From sequence record PX068455.1: a stretch of 64,000 nt of DNA. The stretch is one strand, 5' to 3'. Below the pieces are notes generated by a model. That model saw only the letters and a program-made list of their open reading frames with translations. It had not been told where the DNA came from and did no database searches. Within the stretch, counting starts at the first letter, position 1. The number at the start of each line of letters is the position of its first letter. Below are positions 8,781 through 16,172 of this stretch, piece by piece. A program made the position numbers and the translations under genes. Source of the DNA: a phage.

Positions 8781-9030
8781 CACTATTTTTTAAATTATTG
8801 TGGCGCAAAATGTTTAAAATCTCCTCAACGTCATCAACACGGCGGCAATTTTTAAACGCTACCAATTGCCCCATGATTTTAATCACTGGGCGGCCTTGCC
8901 AGTGACCCTGGAGAAAGCGCGCCTTGACTTTATCGGTGGAACTATCACGCCACCAAATAGCCTTGTTGTTGCAGTAGTAAAAATTATTCAGGATAACATC
9001 AACTTTATCAAAATTTTTTAATTTACGCAT
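8770..9030 (-). CDS. hypothetical protein (86 aa)
   Basis: ORF track; own promoter upstream. Confidence 0.5.
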   Translation of the reverse strand: MRKLKNFDKVDVILNNFYYCNNKAIWWRDSSTDKVKARFLQGHWQGRPVIKIMGQLVAFKNCRRVDDVEEILNILRHNNLKNSVDK

Positions 9031-9062
9031 GGCGTTTACTCCTTTCTCTCTTTGATGTGGTT

Positions 9063-9090
9063 AGTATAGCTAACCTGTTGACGATGTCAA
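9063..9090 (-). promoter_or_regulatory. sigma70-like promoter TTGACA-N16-TATACT
   Basis: Read on minus strand upstream of the 9030 start. Confidence 0.55.
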
Positions 9091-9210
9091 TGATATTTTT
9101 AACGCCATAAAACGGCCCTGGGCGATGTTTTCAGGTTAAGGGGGGCGATTGCATAGGTGGGGGCCTTTTTGGCGCTTACAGGGCCAACCAGGGGCGCTAT
9201 TAGTAGGATA

Positions 9211-9240
9211 GAAATAAAAAGCCCCGCACAATGGCGGGGC
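9211..9240 (-). terminator. Rho-independent terminator
   Basis: Perfect 7-bp stem GCCCCGC/GCGGGGC followed on minus strand by TTTTTATTT, directly after the 9249 stop. Confidence 0.6.
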
Positions 9241-9248
9241 GTTGGTTG

Positions 9249-9446
9249 TTATTTGTCTTTATGGCGATATCGTTCTGCCTGTCGTTCACGTTCCAAAAGT
9301 AGGCCGGGCAATTTACGATCATAATGATTGCGCCAGATCTTCCCAAACCTTTTTGGCTTATTCAGTTTATTGTTACGCTGGCGGCGTTCTGGCAGCTCTT
9401 CGGAATCATGAGGGCGCTTTACAATTTTCTCGAAATTAATTTTCAT
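9249..9446 (-). CDS. small highly basic protein (65 aa), possible nucleic-acid binder
   Basis: ORF 9249..9470 trimmed to internal ATG (residue 9); Arg/Lys-rich. Confidence 0.4.
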   Translation of the reverse strand: MKINFEKIVKRPHDSEELPERRQRNNKLNKPKRFGKIWRNHYDRKLPGLLLERERQAERYRHKDK

Positions 9447-9789
9447 ATCTTCCCCCCTTGCTAACTTCAATATTGGCCTGAATAGCCCGGATGCGGCGCT
9501 TTATAACTTCCTGATCTGTGTGGTCGTATCCCCAAAAGTCTACAATTTTTGCGCCACCCGCTTCCAGGCGGTATAGTGTTTCCTGCATTTTGTAAGCCGG
9601 GATCGGTCGCGGTGTTACTTGGTCGCCTTCTTTATTTTTATACTTTATAATATAATCTTCGTTATCGTTGAATGCCCAAAATGGATATTCTGCAAGGGCG
9701 GTACTTCCTCTTTCCTTTTTATCCTGGATCTTATTTACAATTAAAGCCGTAGCAATAGCGCCAATAATAAAACTAGCCCCGCTAATCAT
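9436..9789 (-). CDS. membrane-anchored protein (117 aa)
   Basis: N-terminal hydrophobic helix ISGASFIIGAIATALIV. Confidence 0.5.
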   Translation of the reverse strand: MISGASFIIGAIATALIVNKIQDKKERGSTALAEYPFWAFNDNEDYIIKYKNKEGDQVTPRPIPAYKMQETLYRLEAGGAKIVDFWGYDHTDQEVIKRRIRAIQANIEVSKGGRYEN

Positions 9790-9865
9790 GTGTACTTTCT
9801 CCTTTCATGGTGTTAATAAATTATCTTTATAGATGGCCCTGCAACCAGGACCACCGAAAAAATAA

Positions 9866-10111
9866 CTATTTCACAATGCCTACAAAACAGATCCCGCCTT
9901 CACCTATGTAAGCAATATCGGTAACTTTATAATTTGTCAAGATCTGTTTATTTAGTTCATTAATAAAATCGGTCATTGCGTTGGTGTAGTTGTCTTCCAT
10001 ATCTAAGGCATAATCCCAGGCGTAAGCCTTTTTACGTCCGAAGCCTTTTACCATGATACGGGCGCTTTTGGTGTTGGTGGGCGCATAATATTTGGTGATT
10101 AGTGCTGCCAT
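9866..10111 (-). CDS. hypothetical protein (81 aa)
   Basis: ORF track; preceded by 45-bp module copy 2 and SD GAGGAG. Confidence 0.5.
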   Translation of the reverse strand: MAALITKYYAPTNTKSARIMVKGFGRKKAYAWDYALDMEDNYTNAMTDFINELNKQILTNYKVTDIAYIGEGGICFVGIVK

Positions 10112-10151
10112 GGTTTTAACTCCTCATTAGTTCAGTGTTAACAGTGTAAAG

Positions 10152-10196
10152 TTTACTTTATTGATGGCCCTGGAGTCAAGGCCATCTAAAAATAAA
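10152..10196 (-). promoter_or_regulatory. Conserved 45-bp promoter/operator module, copy 2
   Basis: Identical to copies at 6434 and 10773; TTGACT-N18-TAAACT on minus strand. Confidence 0.5.
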
Positions 10197-10197
10197 T

Positions 10198-10539
10198 TTA
10201 CTCGTTTTCTTCCAGCTCTGAAAGCTCTTCTTTCACTTCTTCGAGCTCTGTCTGCAATTCTTGGTACTCTTCATCGTCCTCAATATCCAGGCTGTCGATG
10301 TAGTCGCTAAATCCGCAGCGGTAAGCGATAGGATCTAGCTCCTTGAGGATACGCGACGGAAGAAAAGAAATGTTTCCGATCATAATTTCGCCGTAGATCT
10401 CGTCTAACCATTCATCATAGTTTTCGTCGTACTTGTCCTCGTCGATTTCAAAGTTATCGATCTTGTTCTCAAGGTCTGCGATCTGTTTTTTCAGCGCGGC
10501 GATCTGCATAGCTTTTTCTGCGGCGGTCATAGTAGTCAT
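10198..10539 (-). CDS. highly acidic coiled-coil protein (113 aa), possible DNA mimic
   Basis: Very high Asp/Glu content (EEVKEELSELEENE tail); own promoter and leader hairpin. Confidence 0.5.
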   Translation of the reverse strand: MTTMTAAEKAMQIAALKKQIADLENKIDNFEIDEDKYDENYDEWLDEIYGEIMIGNISFLPSRILKELDPIAYRCGFSDYIDSLDIEDDEEYQELQTELEEVKEELSELEENE

Positions 10540-10590
10540 GGTGTTTTCTCCTTTTGTGTGTTCTGGGAAGTTTTCCCGTTTACGTGTTTA

Positions 10591-10618
10591 AGTATACCGA
10601 TTTGGGTTAGCTTGTCAA
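10591..10618 (-). promoter_or_regulatory. sigma70-like promoter TTGACA-N16-TATACT
   Basis: Read on minus strand; followed by hairpin GGGAAAACTTCCC and SD AAAGGAGA. Confidence 0.55.
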
Positions 10619-10738
10619 TTAAAAATTTAAGAAAAATTTTGCAAAACTGTTGGCGCTACTCATTAACATTTGCGCCAGGATGTAACCGACAACGCAAACG
10701 ATAATAGTTACCTTTGTGTATTGGCGTGTAGTGCTCAT
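10619..10738 (-). CDS. small membrane peptide (39 aa), not in ORF track
   Basis: ATG preceded by AAAGGGGG, just downstream of module copy 3; MSTTRQYTKVTIIVCVVGYILAQMLMSS... read manually. Confidence 0.35.
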   Translation of the reverse strand: MSTTRQYTKVTIIVCVVGYILAQMLMSSANSFAKFFLNF

Positions 10739-10772
10739 CTTAAAGCCCCCTTTTTCGCTTAGTTGAGACTAG

Positions 10773-10817
10773 TTTACTTTATTGATGGCCCTGGAGTCAA
10801 GGCCATCTAAAAATAAA
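10773..10817 (-). promoter_or_regulatory. Conserved 45-bp promoter/operator module, copy 3
   Basis: Identical 45-mer; TTGACT within inverted repeat GATGGCC/GGCCATC. Confidence 0.5.
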
Positions 10818-10818
10818 C

Positions 10819-11223
10819 TTAGTAAGTTTTCAGTACTTTACCGTCCAACCTGTCAAGCTGGATCTCGATAGCTGCAGAAAACCTATTGTACACCACGTCG
10901 CCCATAGAATCCAACCAATCTATGACGTTATACACCTGCTCTTTGTTCTTACAGGTCCGGATCCGTTTCATGATGTAAGCCGGATCAATATTGGTACTCT
11001 CGTCGGTGTTCCCCTGTACCTGGTTTGCCGTATTAGTTACATCTTTAATGGCCTTTACCACCACCTGGAAGGGCTTTAAGGTACCTTTTGCGTTCATCTC
11101 ACGCGCTTTTGCGGCGCGGTTGTTATATGTTACACAACGGCGGCAAATGTTGATCAAATGCATGTCAATAATTTTTTCATCGTTTGCCAGTTCATTCATG
11201 ATGCGGCGTACGTTCTTATTCAT
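10819..11223 (-). CDS. hypothetical protein (134 aa)
   Basis: ORF 10819..11322 trimmed to ATG at residue 34; the in-frame upstream part contains promoter and leader hairpin. Confidence 0.5.
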   Translation of the reverse strand: MNKNVRRIMNELANDEKIIDMHLINICRRCVTYNNRAAKAREMNAKGTLKPFQVVVKAIKDVTNTANQVQGNTDESTNIDPAYIMKRIRTCKNKEQVYNVIDWLDSMGDVVYNRFSAAIEIQLDRLDGKVLKTY

Positions 11224-11272
11224 GATCTTTTTTCCTTTGTGTTGGCGGGAAACATTCCCGCCTTTTGTGCCC

Positions 11273-11300
11273 AGTTTACTTGAATTTTGCAGCGTGTCAA
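11273..11300 (-). promoter_or_regulatory. sigma70-like promoter TTGACA-N16-TAAACT
   Basis: Read on minus strand; followed by hairpin GGCGGGAATGTTTCCCGCC and SD AGGAAAAAAG. Confidence 0.5.
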
Positions 11301-11306
11301 CAATTT

Positions 11307-11705
11307 TTATTCGTGGGCGCATGTTACAATGTGCTTTTTATAGCCCAGGCGGTCAGCAAGTGCCGACAAAAACTCTTCTTCGTAGATCCAGCCGTCGGCA
11401 GTGATCCCCATAGCATTTAATGCGCTCTCAAGTGCTGCGTTGGCTTTATCATAACCGTGACCGCTCGCCTTGCCTCCAGTATAGCCGTACTTATTGTTCT
11501 TGTTGTCGTGTATCCAAAAAACGCAGTAGTGAGTGTTCCCGCTGGCGGCGGCATAATACCGGATCTCAGCTACTTCGTGCAAATTATTGTCATCGTCCAG
11601 GCCCACCAGATTATAAGCCTTGTAAAATCCACGATCACGGCGGCAGTTCTTGACATCAGAAAAAGAAAAGTCCGCATTATCAAAATTAAAGGTAGTGGTT
11701 TTCAT
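11307..11705 (-). CDS. hypothetical protein (132 aa)
   Basis: ORF track. Confidence 0.5.
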   Translation of the reverse strand: MKTTTFNFDNADFSFSDVKNCRRDRGFYKAYNLVGLDDDNNLHEVAEIRYYAAASGNTHYCVFWIHDNKNNKYGYTGGKASGHGYDKANAALESALNAMGITADGWIYEEEFLSALADRLGYKKHIVTCAHE

Positions 11706-11769
11706 GATTTTATCCTCTTAGTGTCTTTTGTGCTTTTAGTGTATTTGGTGTCGGACTGTATGTCAATAC

Positions 11770-11967
11770 TTATTTTTTATTAAACCAGTGGTTGATCTGG
11801 CCTTTTGTCAGGGCGCAACGATTAAGCTGTTGCCGAGTATAGCTCTGACCGCGACGGAATTTATAAAGGCCTTGCCCGTTGTTGATGGTTACATCCACCC
11901 GGCAAACCATTTGATCGGTGACCACCTGGCGAGTGTTGCGACGTACTTTGATTCCGTAGGCGTTCAT
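11770..11967 (-). CDS. small basic protein (65 aa)
   Basis: ORF track; SD AGAGAGGAT upstream; weak TTGACA-N17-TATTCT promoter. Confidence 0.45.
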   Translation of the reverse strand: MNAYGIKVRRNTRQVVTDQMVCRVDVTINNGQGLYKFRRGQSYTRQQLNRCALTKGQINHWFNKK

Positions 11968-12320
11968 GATTTTTTATCCTCTCTGTTAATTGGTGTGGTG
12001 TTGTTCACCTTGCGAGGATAAGAATAACAATAACTGTACGAGCTGTCAACCATTAGTTAGAATTATTTTTTTTGGGCAGAATTCTCCAGCCGCCGCCCCT
12101 ACCAGGTTAACCATCGTTTTTTCGTACTCTTCTTTATGTTCCAACGCTCCCGCCATAGCCTTTTCAACCAGGGCGATAGCCTCAGCGTCATTAATCGCTA
12201 CATTTCCAGGGGATCAAATTACCTTTCATTTTTGTACCTCCTCTTCAATTGTTACCTGCCCTATAGCATAGGCCTACCAGGTTTGCAAGCTTTCACTCTC
12301 ACGGCAGGCACCGGTGACGG

Positions 12321-12372
12321 GGGAGACAACCACCGGGGATGGGCGCTGCATAAAATGAGAACGGTTATCATT
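12321..12372 (+). repeat. Bipartite repeat unit A: core GGGAGACAACCACCGGG plus GAGAACGGTTATCATT
   Basis: Read directly; core sits inside palindrome CCGGTG..CACCGG; gene-free region. Confidence 0.5.
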
Positions 12373-12454
12373 ATCATTTAAAAATTTATGCAAAAAATCC
12401 TTGCTTTCTTTGTCCTGTGTGATACTATAATAACAAGCCGGGGCAACAGGGGCC

Positions 12455-12508
12455 GGGAGACAATCACCGGGGGTGCCCGTTATTCTGCAAACGAGAATGA
12501 TTATCATT
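12455..12508 (+). repeat. Bipartite repeat unit B: core GGGAGACAATCACCGGG plus GAGAATGATTATCATT
   Basis: Second copy ~134 bp after unit A with the same ~20-bp core-to-module spacing. Confidence 0.5.
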
Positions 12509-12638
12509 CAAAATTCTAAATGAGAACTTTTCGCATTTCATAAATTTAGTTAGCATGCTAATTACCTACCGTGACAATTCTATATAAAATAATACCTCCT
12601 TAAATATTTCCATATACAAATTTTAAAAATCCATTTCC

Positions 12639-12802
12639 GAAAACGAAAAATCGATTTCGTCCCCAAAAATTTCAGGTCGAGCTCCGGAACGATTTCCAGA
12701 AAATCTGATTCAGAAAACGAAAAACAGATCGAGTACTAAGAAATTTATCGAGAAAAATTTTCAGAAAATTCAATCTTTGAAACGAAAAACAGATCGAGTA
12801 CT
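12639..12802. repeat. Iteron-like direct repeats ACGAAAAACAGATCGAGTACT
   Basis: Two exact 21-bp copies (~12717 and ~12782) plus a partial copy (~12639), in AT-rich non-coding DNA. Confidence 0.55.
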
Positions 12803-13040
12803 GAGAGAGATGTATCAAAACCTACTGAGAATAATGGGCTTATTGTTATAAAAGGTCAAAGGTAAGCTGGGAAAGTTCTGGTAGAAGGGTGAGGGTATGT
12901 GCGGAAAATCTGGAATAGTAACTTAAAGTACGGTGCGAACGATAGAATGAGCAGCACATCTTATCGCGCCTGTCTTGAAAAATCCATTTTAGTTTTCGAT
13001 CCATTTTCTGATTTTCTAAGAATTTTAAAATATCCGGCCA

Positions 13041-13082
13041 GGTAAAATATCAAAAGGAGGAAATCCATTTTAGAAATCCTCC
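13041..13082 (-). terminator. Rho-independent terminator
   Basis: GGAGGA..TCCTCC hairpin followed on minus strand by TTTTGATATTTT, ~30 nt after the 13114 stop. Confidence 0.45.
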
Positions 13083-13113
13083 TTATACTTGATGTGCCAG
13101 GGATTTTCAAGTA

Positions 13114-13443
13114 TCAACTGTCTTTGTTTTTAGGCTTGTGCATACGTAGAGGTATGGTCTTTATAACATTCCATCTACCCAACCCCTCCCAGTTCCAATT
13201 GTGAGCGTGATACCCGGTTATGCATGCACTGCTGGCGTGATCATAAGCATAAGAGAACGCTATGCGAACCAAGTGGGGCCAGTCCCTCCACGGCTGTGGA
13301 CCGTAAGCCTTCCTCCAACACCGACACAAACTAATTGTCTCAAGAATAGGTAGAATAACAAATCCATATACCGCCACCAAAATGGTCAGAGCAATGATTG
13401 TCAGGAATACATACCCTGCAGTTGAAATAATGATCTCTGTCAT
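13114..13443 (-). CDS. membrane protein (109 aa)
   Basis: Hydrophobic N-terminal segments (FLTIIALTILVAVYGFVILPIL). Confidence 0.5.
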   Translation of the reverse strand: MTEIIISTAGYVFLTIIALTILVAVYGFVILPILETISLCRCWRKAYGPQPWRDWPHLVRIAFSYAYDHASSACITGYHAHNWNWEGLGRWNVIKTIPLRMHKPKNKDS

Positions 13444-13643
13444 TTGTCATCCCCTTTCTTACGGATATAGATGTGAGAGCCTGCTTGTACATAAATTTCC
13501 AGACCATCTTCTGCAAAGATGTGGAATACACGGTCGCCTTCGTATTCAATACGGGATATCTTCATAACGGTCTTCCCACCCGGAATGCGGATCTCATCAC
13601 CCACAGCAATGTTCCATGCAGATTTAAGCTTAAACATCTGCAC
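13440..13643 (-). CDS. hypothetical protein (67 aa)
   Basis: ORF track; ATGA overlap with downstream gene. Confidence 0.45.
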   Translation of the reverse strand: MQMFKLKSAWNIAVGDEIRIPGGKTVMKISRIEYEGDRVFHIFAEDGLEIYVQAGSHIYIRKKGDDK

Positions 13644-13875
13644 CCTCCTTTGGGAGCTCTAACTCTGGCATAGCCATATACGCCACAACAGGGTTGTAAT
13701 CAAAGTAGAAATGACCGTTAATTATCCCAGTTTTGTGGGCATAGTCACCAGATCCTGCAAGAACAATCTCGCAAACTCCGAAATCCACCTTGCCATTCTC
13801 ATCTGCCATGGCTACAATATACTTTCCTAGAGGCATGTTTTTAACGCCGTCTACAAATGTCCACCCTTTGTTCAT
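13630..13875 (-). CDS. hypothetical protein (81 aa)
   Basis: ORF track. Confidence 0.45.
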   Translation of the reverse strand: MNKGWTFVDGVKNMPLGKYIVAMADENGKVDFGVCEIVLAGSGDYAHKTGIINGHFYFDYNPVVAYMAMPELELPKEGADV

Positions 13876-13895
13876 ACTTTATCTCCTGCACTTTC

Positions 13896-14228
13896 TTAAG
13901 GTAACCAGTAAACAATTTCGCCTTTCAGTTCCATGTCGTTACCGACATAGATTTTCCAGCCATCCATTTTAGCCACTGCAGGAGTGAAGTCCGTAGAACC
14001 ACTAACCTCTTTCCAAGTCCCGTAGTCAGGTTGCCAGATATAGAATCCACCTTCCTTGTCCCATGCTCCATATACCACATCGAGCAGGTTGCCCATTGCA
14101 ACAATAGTAGGCCGTGGGAATAATACATCTACAGATGCGCCACAATTTCGGGTAGATTTTAAATTACAATCCCAAAAGATGTCTGCCAGTGTGGCGGCGA
14201 TAGCTTTACGTCTTTCTAATGTTACCAT
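13896..14228 (-). CDS. hypothetical protein (110 aa)
   Basis: ORF track. Confidence 0.5.
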   Translation of the reverse strand: MVTLERRKAIAATLADIFWDCNLKSTRNCGASVDVLFPRPTIVAMGNLLDVVYGAWDKEGGFYIWQPDYGTWKEVSGSTDFTPAVAKMDGWKIYVGNDMELKGEIVYWLP

Positions 14229-14238
14229 GGTACGATAC

Positions 14239-14430
14239 TCACTTGTTGTTAAGAAGTTCTAAAACTTTCTGTTTTACTTTATCAAGGTCTGTTGATTCAA
14301 AAACTGTGCGATATCCCCAACTTTGCCCATAGGAATGACTGCAATCCCCGTAACACCATTGCTCAACTTGATAGTATTCAAGGAATGGGTGCTGTCTAAC
14401 TATGATGCCGTCTCGATTAAAAATTACCAT
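14239..14430 (-). CDS. hypothetical protein (63 aa)
   Basis: ORF track. Confidence 0.4.
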   Translation of the reverse strand: MVIFNRDGIIVRQHPFLEYYQVEQWCYGDCSHSYGQSWGYRTVFESTDLDKVKQKVLELLNNK

Positions 14431-14493
14431 AATTTATCCCTCTCTGCTAGTCTATGTTTGTATTATATACTGCAGTTTTCAGATGTCAACCTT

Positions 14494-14688
14494 TTACAGG
14501 TTACTCCAGTATAATCGGCATTTGCATTTTGGGCAATGAGGTTCTTTTATGTAGTAACCATCAGTCTTTGGAACACTTTTTGGTGCAGTTTTAAGATTGT
14601 ACCGAGTAAAGCACCGGAAGCAGGTTACCTCTCCTACCTGTTGATCGTTTATCCACTCACCAGAGTAAAGCTCTTTCTTGTTTCTCAT
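14494..14688 (-). CDS. zinc-ribbon-like small protein (64 aa)
   Basis: ORF 14494..14745 trimmed to ATG with SD GGGAGA; CxxC..(27)..CxxC pattern. Confidence 0.45.
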   Translation of the reverse strand: MRNKKELYSGEWINDQQVGEVTCFRCFTRYNLKTAPKSVPKTDGYYIKEPHCPKCKCRLYWSNL

Positions 14689-14690
14689 AA

Positions 14691-14885
14691 TTATCTCCCT
14701 AGTCCTCTGCAATCTTCTACCAGAATCTCCAGCCAGAAAGCACACGGGAACACTTTGAGGATTGAATCTTTACTCGGCTCGGAAGTTCTTTTTCCATAGG
14801 GCAGGTAGAAATACCCTCCTGCAGATTCAAACATGGCTCCTTCTGTTGTATCTATCACAGCTAGAATTAGGATTTTAGTCTCCAT
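14691..14885 (-). CDS. hypothetical protein (64 aa)
   Basis: ORF track; abuts downstream gene. Confidence 0.4.
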   Translation of the reverse strand: METKILILAVIDTTEGAMFESAGGYFYLPYGKRTSEPSKDSILKVFPCAFWLEILVEDCRGLGR

Positions 14886-14939
14886 AGTGCTCCCCTGTCT
14901 TAATCGTTGTGGTGACTATACCACCTTAAAATATAGCTG

Positions 14940-15398
14940 TCAACACCCTTTGTACTCCACCACGATAATATCTATATCAAAAGTGGCAAGGTTAATAATG
15001 TCCTCTACATGTTCCCACTTCAAACCGCCTATGCCGCACCCGATCTTAGGGATGTAGAATGGTAAAATCGACCCCTCAAATACTTCATTGACTCGCTCAA
15101 ATCCTTTCAGTATTGAGAAATATTCAGCATTAGGTCCTGGATAGAACTGAGTATACAGATTTATTCCGTAGACAATACCTCTCGGAGATAAGTGCTCCCA
15201 ACGGGAGAACGCGCCCAGTTTACTTAGGCAACCGTGCATAGTCATTTTATCAGCTTCCAATGCTTGAGGGAATTCACGAGCAATCTGCTTTGCTACACCC
15301 TTCCCCATTGTGTGGAAGCAGTTACAACCGTGGATCAGGTGACCAGCACCGCTCTTAAAAAGGGAGATTAAATCTCCCTCTACAGTATCAATAATCAC
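14940..15398 (-). CDS. macro-domain (ADP-ribose-binding/processing) protein
   Basis: VEGDLISL..GAGHLIHGCNCFHTMGKGVAKQIAREFP resembles macro-domain signature; GTG start with SD AGGAG chosen, 11-nt overlap with upstream gene. Confidence 0.55.
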   Translation of the reverse strand: MIIDTVEGDLISLFKSGAGHLIHGCNCFHTMGKGVAKQIAREFPQALEADKMTMHGCLSKLGAFSRWEHLSPRGIVYGINLYTQFYPGPNAEYFSILKGFERVNEVFEGSILPFYIPKIGCGIGGLKWEHVEDIINLATFDIDIIVVEYKGC

Positions 15399-15813
15399 GA
15401 TATTCCAGCTCCTCTTCCACAATTTCAAAAAACTCAGTCCAGCACTGCGGCATATTGGAGTTACCGAAGTGGCTTTCATAGTAAAGGTTTTTACCGCTCG
15501 GAAGATAGAAATCTGTTACCTCATAAAATCCACAATCGTCGCACTCTCCCTCTTCAAACTTGGCCTTAATCTTAATACCAAGGAAGGTGAAAAGTTTATG
15601 GATATCTTCGGTCTCGAACTCCCAACTAATGTTGTTTTCCGCATCGGTGTAAAACTGGATCAGTAGGCCATCATCCATTTTTCCAAAATATTCTGTGAAG
15701 TAGCTCCCTTCCCAGAAGTCTTTGTGACAAATAATATCCATGCGCTTGCCCATAATAAAGGTGTGGGCGTTTCGTGCATCGTCACGAATCAGTTTTGGCA
15801 TTTCATAAATCAT
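15388..15813 (-). CDS. hypothetical protein (141 aa)
   Basis: ORF track. Confidence 0.5.
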   Translation of the reverse strand: MIYEMPKLIRDDARNAHTFIMGKRMDIICHKDFWEGSYFTEYFGKMDDGLLIQFYTDAENNISWEFETEDIHKLFTFLGIKIKAKFEEGECDDCGFYEVTDFYLPSGKNLYYESHFGNSNMPQCWTEFFEIVEEELEYRDY

Positions 15814-15878
15814 CGTAGTTCTCCAGGATCAATAGGTGGTGCTACAGGAAGATCATAAAACATGGCGATCACATTCTC

Positions 15879-16076
15879 TTACGCAGGAATTGCTTCAAAC
15901 AGGCCGTTATCGATACCATCTTTCAAGTAAAGATTATACTCTATGTCGGTATCTGTGTAAAGGGCAGCATCCAGCATTCTATCTGTGAGTCCATCCATTG
16001 GGTGGAGAAACCACCACCCACGCCAGTCAAAGTAACAACCTGGTGCATCTTCTCTCACACGGATTCGATAAATCAT
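15879..16076 (-). CDS. hypothetical protein (65 aa)
   Basis: ORF track. Confidence 0.4.
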   Translation of the reverse strand: MIYRIRVREDAPGCYFDWRGWWFLHPMDGLTDRMLDAALYTDTDIEYNLYLKDGIDNGLFEAIPA

Positions 16077-16172
16077 GGGCAGTGGCCTCCTGTTAGTTAC
16101 ACATCCCAGTTTTCTTCGTTCATCACATCCTCCAGCTCTACAAGGTTATAATTGCACACCTTACAACCTGTG

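Noticed and set aside
10819-11322. ORF-track start at 11322 for the 167-aa ORF
   Set aside because: The in-frame N-terminal extension runs through the promoter and leader hairpin; the real start is the ATG at 11223 preceded by an SD. The same overcalling was corrected for 4358..4684, 7166..7570, 14940..15479, 16652..18025, 25986..26780, 31170..32411 and 40001..41482.
12274-12507. 77-aa minus-strand ORF (and plus ORFs 11990..12271, 12136..12381) inside the repeat region
   Set aside because: Translations are repeat-driven (Pro/Cys-rich) with no start context; the region is better explained as non-coding repeats.
12639-12802. CRISPR array
   Set aside because: Only two to three copies with irregular spacing, no unique spacers of uniform length and no cas genes; called iterons instead.
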